Shown here piece after piece: positions 9,468-15,827 of a DNA stretch of 15,827 bases. Made by a program: the position numbers and the translations under genes. The stretch spans positions 1 through 15,827 of the forward strand of contig CAJINV010000054.1 of assembly GCA_905178155.1 (NCBI GenBank), read 5' to 3'. Every line of letters begins with the position of its first letter. The stretch's first letter is position 1. Source of the stretch: Amoebophrya sp. A120. Lineage: Eukaryota; Protista; Dinoflagellata. Below the pieces are notes generated by a model. That model searched no databases. It had not been told where the DNA came from and saw only the letters and a list, made by a program, of their open reading frames with translations.

Positions 9468-11309
9468 TACATCATTCTGAAGCCGCATCATGGCTTGCGG
9501 GCAGCATACGAGCTCATGGACTACATGAGTACGAAGAAAAAGCGAGTATCACTACTTGCATTTTTCAGCTTTTGCATGAGGGATTTCGCTGGAGCAATAT
9601 CTTTCTGCGGAGAAAACTTAAAAACGACAGTGAAATCAAATGGCCCGGAATGTAGCCTGTCATGAAGTTTTTCCCTGGCCACAACGTATTTTTGTGCGAC
9701 TTGCTCTGGGAAGCGTACTGAATAGCGATCCGTTTTTTCTTCGATAGCGGTGGATTGGTTCGGCAATGGCCCGAAGGACATTCGATATCGTGTGCAAAAA
9801 GACTCCCACCATATAGGCGCAGCCAGTCATTGCTAGTACATGTGGTGAAAATGTACCCCTCTACAAACTGCGCGGCTTTTTTTTTGTGCATGAAAACCGT
9901 CACTGCAGGCCTTTTTTTTGCAATTCCCCCAATCTGAAAAGAACACCAGCGAAACACTTGCAGTCAACATACAAGCTGAGGCATATGGTGAGTCTTTTTT
10001 TCCCGGGATACTACGAAATGCGCTCCCGCGGGCCCGCCCGGAGCGACGGTGCTTTTCAGTATCAAAGTGAAAAAAGTCAGTCGCCATACTATCAGATAGA
10101 TTTGGCTACGTAGTTCACACCGTGCAACTATTAACTTGGTAACGCAGCATGGGTTTCCAGGCATATCGCTGCACACGATGGAGACAGACTGTCATTCAGG
10201 CGAACCAGCAGTGCAGATCACATCGCCGCTGCTAATTCGCTGCACAGCGCCCTCTGCTTCTCTCTGTATGATGAAGCCCGTGCACGCAATCCGAATCTAA
10301 CTTAGCACAGATATATCTTTGCGTATGGCGGGGGGCTTTTTTCACCTTGATACGCCGCCGCCAGCTACCAGAAGATGCAAAAGTCTCTTAACCCCGATCA
10401 GATTTGGTCATGGACATGTCGTTGCGAATTTGTGTGCATTAACTCGACCTGGTCATGCTTGTTGCAGCGCTTTCTGCATGGCCGCCCATGTTGGCAAGGA
10501 GCTAGCAGCCGCCGCTGCTCTTTCTCTGCGGCTGATTTGGAGATGTGTGTTGCTTTTCTTACACCAAGCGAAATTTTTGCCTGAGAACCAAATTCAAGAA
10601 ATGAATGCTCGGCAAGTGAACACTTTTGTACCTGATAGCAGAACTTCCCAAAAGTCTTGAACATCAAAACTGAAGGAAAGAAGCTGAAGTCTTTCGACAT
10701 TTGGGTGAAGGTATATTTTCTTGTTAGCCCCCACAAACACAAAATATTTACCTAGATTCAACTCTGCGGCCTTCTACGAAGGCTTTCTTGCAGCCCCCGA
10801 GACAGAAATAAGCAGTAGAAAAGATTAAATGCGATTATGTCATCCTTGCAGGTTTCTGATGTGGAGATTGTGATGCCCTTCAAAAAAAAAAAAACTTGTC
10901 CGTAATTCACAGTTCATTCGCGAAGCGCTCAACGAGATCGCGGCCAAAGATAGTGCGGCCGCGGATCAAATCCGCCGCACAGTCCGCGACTCGATGGACG
11001 CAAAAATCAATGACGCGCTGAGCGGATTTAAGGGACTTTCGAGCGATGAAGACCACTTCTTCCAGTGGATCCGGGCAGGCAGGACGGCCTTCGAGTACCT
11101 CAGCACCGAAGACATGGAGGAGGTTTGGATTGCTGCGCTACTGCATGAAAAAGCTCATCACAATCAGAGGCGTGCAGGATTTCTTGCAGTACATCAACGC
11201 TTCACTGGACAGCCTTGTCATGCTAGAACGCTAAACGCTACAACGCCAGGCGAAAGTGGTCCAGAACTTTATTTGCCGATCTCTTTACTGTATTTTCATG
11301 CCTTTGTGA
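9468..11309 (+). pseudogene. Multi-exon orphan gene, likely helical, with isolated internal stops
   Basis: Phase-consistent introns 9652-9746, 9817-9908 (GC-AG), 10406-10467, 10711-10755, 10852-10912 and 11123-11177. Clearest part: FIREALNEIAAKDSAAADQIRRTVRDSMDAKINDALSGFKGLSSDEDHFFQWIRAGRTAFEYLSTEDMEE|DFLQYINASLDSLVMLER* (TAA 11232-11234; frame stays open to TGA at 11309). This model has in-frame stops at 10348 (TGA) and 10816 (TAG). Confidence 0.5.
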
Positions 11310-11409
11310 TGAGCAGTTTTCCATGGCATATCATGATGGGCTGCGGTTTTATTCTCCGATGTGCGTTGGTTGCTAGAGAAGTGGAACAATTTATTTTCTT
11401 CACGAAGAA

Positions 11410-12070
11410 CAATGCGCATTCACATATTCTCCCGGCACAATGAACTTCCAACTTCCAAATGCAATTTCTGCACCAGTGAAATTATGTCTTTGCTATGCGA
11501 ATTTCCGTCCCTATCTACAAGAATACGCGAGTCTTTCTCTGTCGAGCTACTATTTGAAAGAAATTTTGGTTTTTTCCTGAACTTGTTGCTACTTCCTATT
11601 GCCTAGTATGTTGCTCTGAAAACGCCACTGCGGTCCTTTTTCCATCACAACAAATTTTCCGTTTTGCCTGTAGAGTCTACGTGATTTAGACTTTTGAACC
11701 CAAAAAAGCATTCACCGTTCAAACTGCTTCAAGTGAGCTAACTTTTCACCCTCGGTGAGCTTTTCAATCTGAACTTTTGTGTTTCCTTTTCACCTGTGAG
11801 TTTTCGCATCAATGCTGACTTTTCTAGAGCTGCTTCAAACGACCTTTCCAAAACACTAAGTCGCACCCTTTCCTGAGCTGCAAAATGCGAGGCCCTTCTC
11901 GCTTTTCAACATTCTGCTTTCTCATTGGCGGCGTTCGTTCCAGCTCCCTCAGCCAAGAGCCTTGTGAACAATTTTTCAACAAATAAGCAAGAAACCAATC
12001 AATCTACTGCTTCGAGATACGAATAGGTGGCACAGAAATTGACAAATGAGCCATACAGCCCGACGCGAGC
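11410..12070 (-). pseudogene. Decayed, apparently intronless ORF with a charged helical region
   Basis: Minus-strand translation: GLYGSFVNFCATYSYLEAVD*LVSCLFVEKLFTRLLAEGAGTNAANEKAEC*KARRASHFAAQERVRLSVLERSFEAALEKSALMRKLTGEKETQ, frameshift near 11775, then VQIEKLTEGEKLAHLKQFER*MLFWVQKSKSRRLYRQNGKFVVMEKGPQWRFQSNILGNRK*. The purine-rich strand switches to minus here. Confidence 0.5.
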
Positions 12071-12122
12071 TTGCGTCCGCGCGTTCGCTCGACAGCCCGA
12101 CGCGACCTTGTGTCCGCACGTT
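12055..12122. repeat. Two-copy 37-bp tandem duplication
   Basis: ACAGCCCGACGCGAGCTTGCGTCCGCGCGTT at 12055 and ACAGCCCGACGCGACCTTGTGTCCGCACGTT at 12092. Confidence 0.85.
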
Positions 12123-12214
12123 GCCCAGCTGTGTGGCACTTCATTCAAAAACAAAATCTCATCGACTCAGATCCCATTCTGGGCATTCCAAAAAGGTATA
12201 CGAAAAAATCCGTG

Positions 12215-13360
12215 AAAATTCTCTATCCGCTTAATTGCCTGGATTCTTATCGAGATTGTAGTGCACTCATCTTCTTCCCCCGATAACATTCGATATGGAT
12301 TCGAAGTTCAATCTCCAGTTGCATGGCATTTCGAGCAGCAATCAAATCGTATTGATTCAGATTCAAATTCTATCCTAGCCTGAATGTGAGAGTAATGTAG
12401 TAACATGAAGGAATTCTTCGATTATTCTCGTTCTGGTTCAATTTTCTTCGGAAAATTTCGATGTGGATTCTAAATTCAGATTCTCCGATCGAAATGCTCA
12501 AACAAATTCGTCGTTTGATGTTCGATTGGATTGATAAGCAGACTCGTGTTCGATTGGACCGATATTTAATCAGATTGGTGTCTGGGATTTGATAAATGCA
12601 GATTCTATCCTAACCTGATTGTGTGAAGAATGTATTAACATGAAGGAAGAAATTTTCGCGTATTATCGATCTGGTTCAACAATATTCTTCGGAAAAATTC
12701 GATGTGGATTTTAAATATATTGATTTATTAAATCCCATCGATTCAGATTCTATCCGAGTCTGGATGTGTGATGTGATGTCTGTATTTTTTCGAATATTCT
12801 CGATCAGGTATATGGAATTTTTCGATTATTCTCGATCGAGTTCATTGTTCGGAAAAATGTGATGTGGATTCTTCTCAAGAGATCAATGTATGAAGTGGTT
12901 ATATGATAATTCAATGATGTCAGTCGGTTCTATCTTTGTCTGTCAGGATGTATGAAAAATCTAGTAGCATGAAAGAATTATTCGAGTATTCCCGATCAGG
13001 TCCATTCTTCGGAAGAATTCGATCTGGATTGAATGTCAGATATTATTTCCCATTAGAATCAATCCCATATCAATTCAGATTCTGATTTAGTCTGTATGTG
13101 TGAAGAGTCTATCTGTATGATGGAATTTTTCGGGTATTTTTCTCGAGCAGTCTCATTGTTTGGTGTAATTCGTTGGGGATTCTAAATATTCCGAGTATTC
13201 TCGAGCAATTTCCGTGTAGAAGTAGGGAGATTCAATTTTATCGAATAAGTTCCGACATTATAATGTGAGTTTGTTGGTTCAAAATAATTCGAAGGCTTAT
13301 TATTCTATCCTGGGTGAAGAATTTATCAAAATGACCAAATTTCTCGAGTATTCTCGATGA
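12215..13360. repeat. AT-rich degenerate tandem array, ~6-7 copies of a ~110-bp core with variable spacers
   Basis: Core ATTCTATCC...CATGAAGGAA...TTCG..TATTCTCGATC.GGTTCA..TTCTTCGGAAAA.TTCGATGTGGATT begins near 12367, 12602, 12747, 12927 and 13079, with partial copies at ~12218 and 13302. The ORF track is empty from 12287 to 13363. Confidence 0.85.
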
Positions 13361-13588
13361 GATTCATGGTTTGGAGTGTTTTGTGGTGGTCTCGTCTTGG
13401 TTATCCAAGTGACCCATGTTCTTTGATTTCCTCGTATAGTGATTCCGTGGTGATGTTGAATTTCCTTCATTCATTGGCCCCGTGGTAATCATGCTCCGTG
13501 CAAATATATTATGTGTCCTTCGATGTGTTTCATCGTCAATAAATTCAGATTTCATTCTGGTTGCCGCGATATGTTCTAGATCACACAG

Positions 13589-13668
13589 CCTCCCCACCCC
13601 CGATTGAGATCGTCGGGACGGGAGGGTGTTCGGGGGAGGTGTTCCGGCGGGGAAGGTGGGCTCAAGGG
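13589..13668. other. GC-rich hairpin overlapping a G-run tract (potential G-quadruplex on the + strand)
   Basis: CCTCCC-CAC-CCCGA / TCGGG-AC-GGGAGG stem at 13589-13625. Seven runs of three or more G lie between 13615 and 13668. Confidence 0.65.
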
Positions 13669-13896
13669 TAGGAAAAAGCTCTATCGGGTGGTGTGGATCT
13701 AACCCGGCACCCAATAGAAAGATTCGTCACAGAGGCCCCCCGTCGCCAATAATGGTATTCGCTCGACCAGTATTCTCGAGGAAGCAAAAAATTCTCCTGG
13801 TGACTCGACGCCCGGCAGTAAGATTTTCCGACGGGCCCCCTTTCCCCGGTGCCATGGTATTCGGAGGAGCGAGGAAAAGCGTCCGAGTGGGTGTGC

Positions 13897-14215
13897 GTCC
13901 GGTTGGAGGTTGCCCGGGTGGTTCGGTTTGTAACGTGTTGCACCAGGTCGCACGTTTGTAACGTGTTGCACCAGGTCGCAATGGGGGCTGTCCGGCTCCC
14001 CGCTCCTTCGTCCGGATGTTACGCCGGAGGTTGTCCGGTAGGAAGCTGCTCGGTTGGTTCGGTTTGCAGTGTTCTGCACCCGGGTGCGCGTAGTATCGGG
14101 TGGCAGAAAGCCCGTCCGGCCCCGCGCTTGCCCGCCCGCACGCCACGCGGGAGGCTGTCCGGTTGGAAGTTGCCCGGCCGGTTCGGTTTTCAATGTTGTG
14201 CCCGAGCCTGGGTCG
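13897..14215. repeat. Three degenerate copies of a ~55-bp core (period ~125-135 bp), including an exact 27-bp duplication
   Basis: GTCCGGTWGGARGYTGCYCGG..GGTTCGGTTT at ~13897, ~14033 and ~14158. GTTTGTAACGTGTTGCACCAGGTCGCA occurs exactly at 13926 and 13954. Confidence 0.85.
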
Positions 14216-15057
14216 ATTCGTTTGCCCACTTTGTGCAGGCGCTTGGACATTTGGCAAGAGCTAGCGCGGTCGCCGATGCGAAAGACGCGCGGCGCTGCAA
14301 TTAATTCCGCACGGCGCGCGGCAACACAACGACGCCGCTAAAGTATAAACAAAAAAGGTAACAAAAAGCGTGGTTTGACCATTTGTATGGTTATGTACCG
14401 GCTGCAAATGCTTCATTTGCGCGACGTATGTACTATGATCGCACAATTTGTTTAGATTCGTACCCTCCAACAGTTTTTACATTTTGTTGCTGGCGCTGAT
14501 TTAAATTTCAGCGATTATTCAAATATTACTCAAGTAATTTATTTTTTCACTTCACTGATAAAATTCAAAGGTTCGGCAAGATGCGTGCGTGTGCCTGCCT
14601 GTGCTGTTGTTGCTCGATCGCTTCCAGGGCTTTGGGCCTTCGTTTGTGCGCGAATTTTGCACAATAAGAGGCCAGCTACGGCGTTGCCAATACGTAGAAG
14701 CAAACAGAAAAGAACGCGCGCGCCTCTGTATTCTTGAGAGTAAAAAACAAAACGCGCGCGCAAATATATTTACCAATCGGCAGATGAAAAATCGCAAGTG
14801 CGTACATGTACGACAATGCACCGCCTGAAATAACATTATTCTGAGTCAAAAGAAACAGTCCTGCGCGCAATTGCGCCATATGCGAACCAAAACGTATTTT
14901 TACGTAATCAAATACCCGTGTTGTAGAACCTGCATTGCTTTTTTTGCAAAAATATTGGCGCGCGAGGCGGCGGGTTTTGTGGTTTTGTTTCGCGTCAATA
15001 CGAGAGCGACGACACTTCCCGAACGGAACGACCAGCGTCCGGCACAGACCCGCCACC

Positions 15058-15415
15058 GCAACCCGGCGCGGTTGGTTTTGCGGCTCTGCAAGTACATAGA
15101 CCCCTCACCCAAAAAAGCACAACAACGAGACCCGAAACGAAAAGCATCGAAGGAGTCGGAGCAGCGCAAACCGGTGCGGTTGGTTTTGCGGCTCTGCAAG
15201 TACATAGGCCCCTCACCCAAAAATGCACAACAACGACACCCGAAACGAAAAGCATCGAAGGAGTCGAAGCAACGCAAACCGGCGCGACTGGTTCTGCGGT
15301 TTTGCAGTTGCATAGACCCCATACCCAAAAAGTGCACAACCGCGCGAAGCGAAGCGAAGACCAACCGACGCAGTCGAGGAGCGCCGTAACTCGGCGCGGT
15401 TGCTTTTGCAGCTGC
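15058..15415. repeat. 108-bp tandem repeat, ~2.7 copies plus a partial fourth
   Basis: Unit start CCGGYGCG at 15063, 15171 and 15279 (first two copies near-identical, third diverged); partial copy near 15392. Confidence 0.92.
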
Positions 15416-15487
15416 CCGAGCCGCACGGAATTACATCGGGCATGAATGGCATGAAGTCGCGCAGAGGTGGGAAAAGGTGACCGCCTT

Positions 15488-15827
15488 GCAGAGCCCCAAA
15501 AAAATAGGGCCAGACCGGACAAAGCACACCCCAGGCGCATGGTATTGAAGAGCCTCGAAAAGAATACGGCAAGAACGGACAAAGCACACTGCGCCCGCAT
15601 GTTATTAAATCGGGCAAGAACGGGCAAAGCACCCGCGCAAAGGTGCCAAAAAGTGGCCACCTTGAAGAGCCTCGAAAAAAATACGGCAAGAACGGACAAA
15701 GCACACTGAGCCCGCAGGGTATTAAATCGGGCAAGAACGGACAAAGCACCGTCGCAAAGGTTCCAAAAAGTGGCCACCTTGAAAAGCCTCGAAAAAAATA
15801 CGGCAAGAACGGACAAGGCACACTGCA
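15488..15827. repeat. 117-bp tandem repeat with two GGCAAGAACGGRCAAAGCAC subunits per unit; runs off the window end
   Basis: GAARAGCCTCGAAAARAATACGGCAAGAACGGACAA at 15547, 15664 and 15781; degenerate half-unit from ~15490. Confidence 0.93.

Noticed and set aside
10882-10894. A13 run as a retrotransposon poly(A) tail
   Set aside because: It lies inside a 61-nt predicted intron, with no target-site duplication or upstream element.
1022-11222. TGTCAYG as a branch-point sequence
   Set aside because: The distance to the next plausible acceptor is long and inconsistent; the motif lies near inferred intron 5' ends.
13364-14341. Overlapping Arg/Gly/Pro-rich ORFs on both strands
   Set aside because: GC-rich repetitive DNA with several frames open at once and no protein-like composition.
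15488-15827. CRISPR-like array from the recurring GGCAAGAACGGRCAAAGCAC
   Set aside because: The intervening sequences are themselves repeated with a 117-bp period, there are no cas genes, and the context is eukaryotic.

Overview
Eukaryotic nuclear DNA from a genome with short introns (candidates about 45-160 nt); the taxon cannot be determined from the sequence. No rRNA, tRNA, CRISPR array or confidently recognisable protein family was found. Layout: (1) 1-~560, a GC-rich 136-bp tandem repeat with GGCGAC motifs in both orientations. (2) ~640-11310, a block of co-oriented (+), intron-split orphan genes or gene relics. Several reading frames continue across isolated stop codons, and the block is strongly enriched for a +strand TGTCAYG motif (18 copies vs 1 on the minus strand). 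(3) ~11410-12070, a decayed minus-strand ORF. (4) ~12200-13360, an AT-rich degenerate repeat array. (5) ~13576-13710, a hairpin/G-rich junction. (6) 13700-15827, several GC-rich minisatellites (~130, 108 and 117 bp). The simplest reading is the decaying interior of a large repeat-bounded mobile element or heterochromatic island, but no transposase was identified. All gene models are hand-built, and exon frames are often ambiguous.
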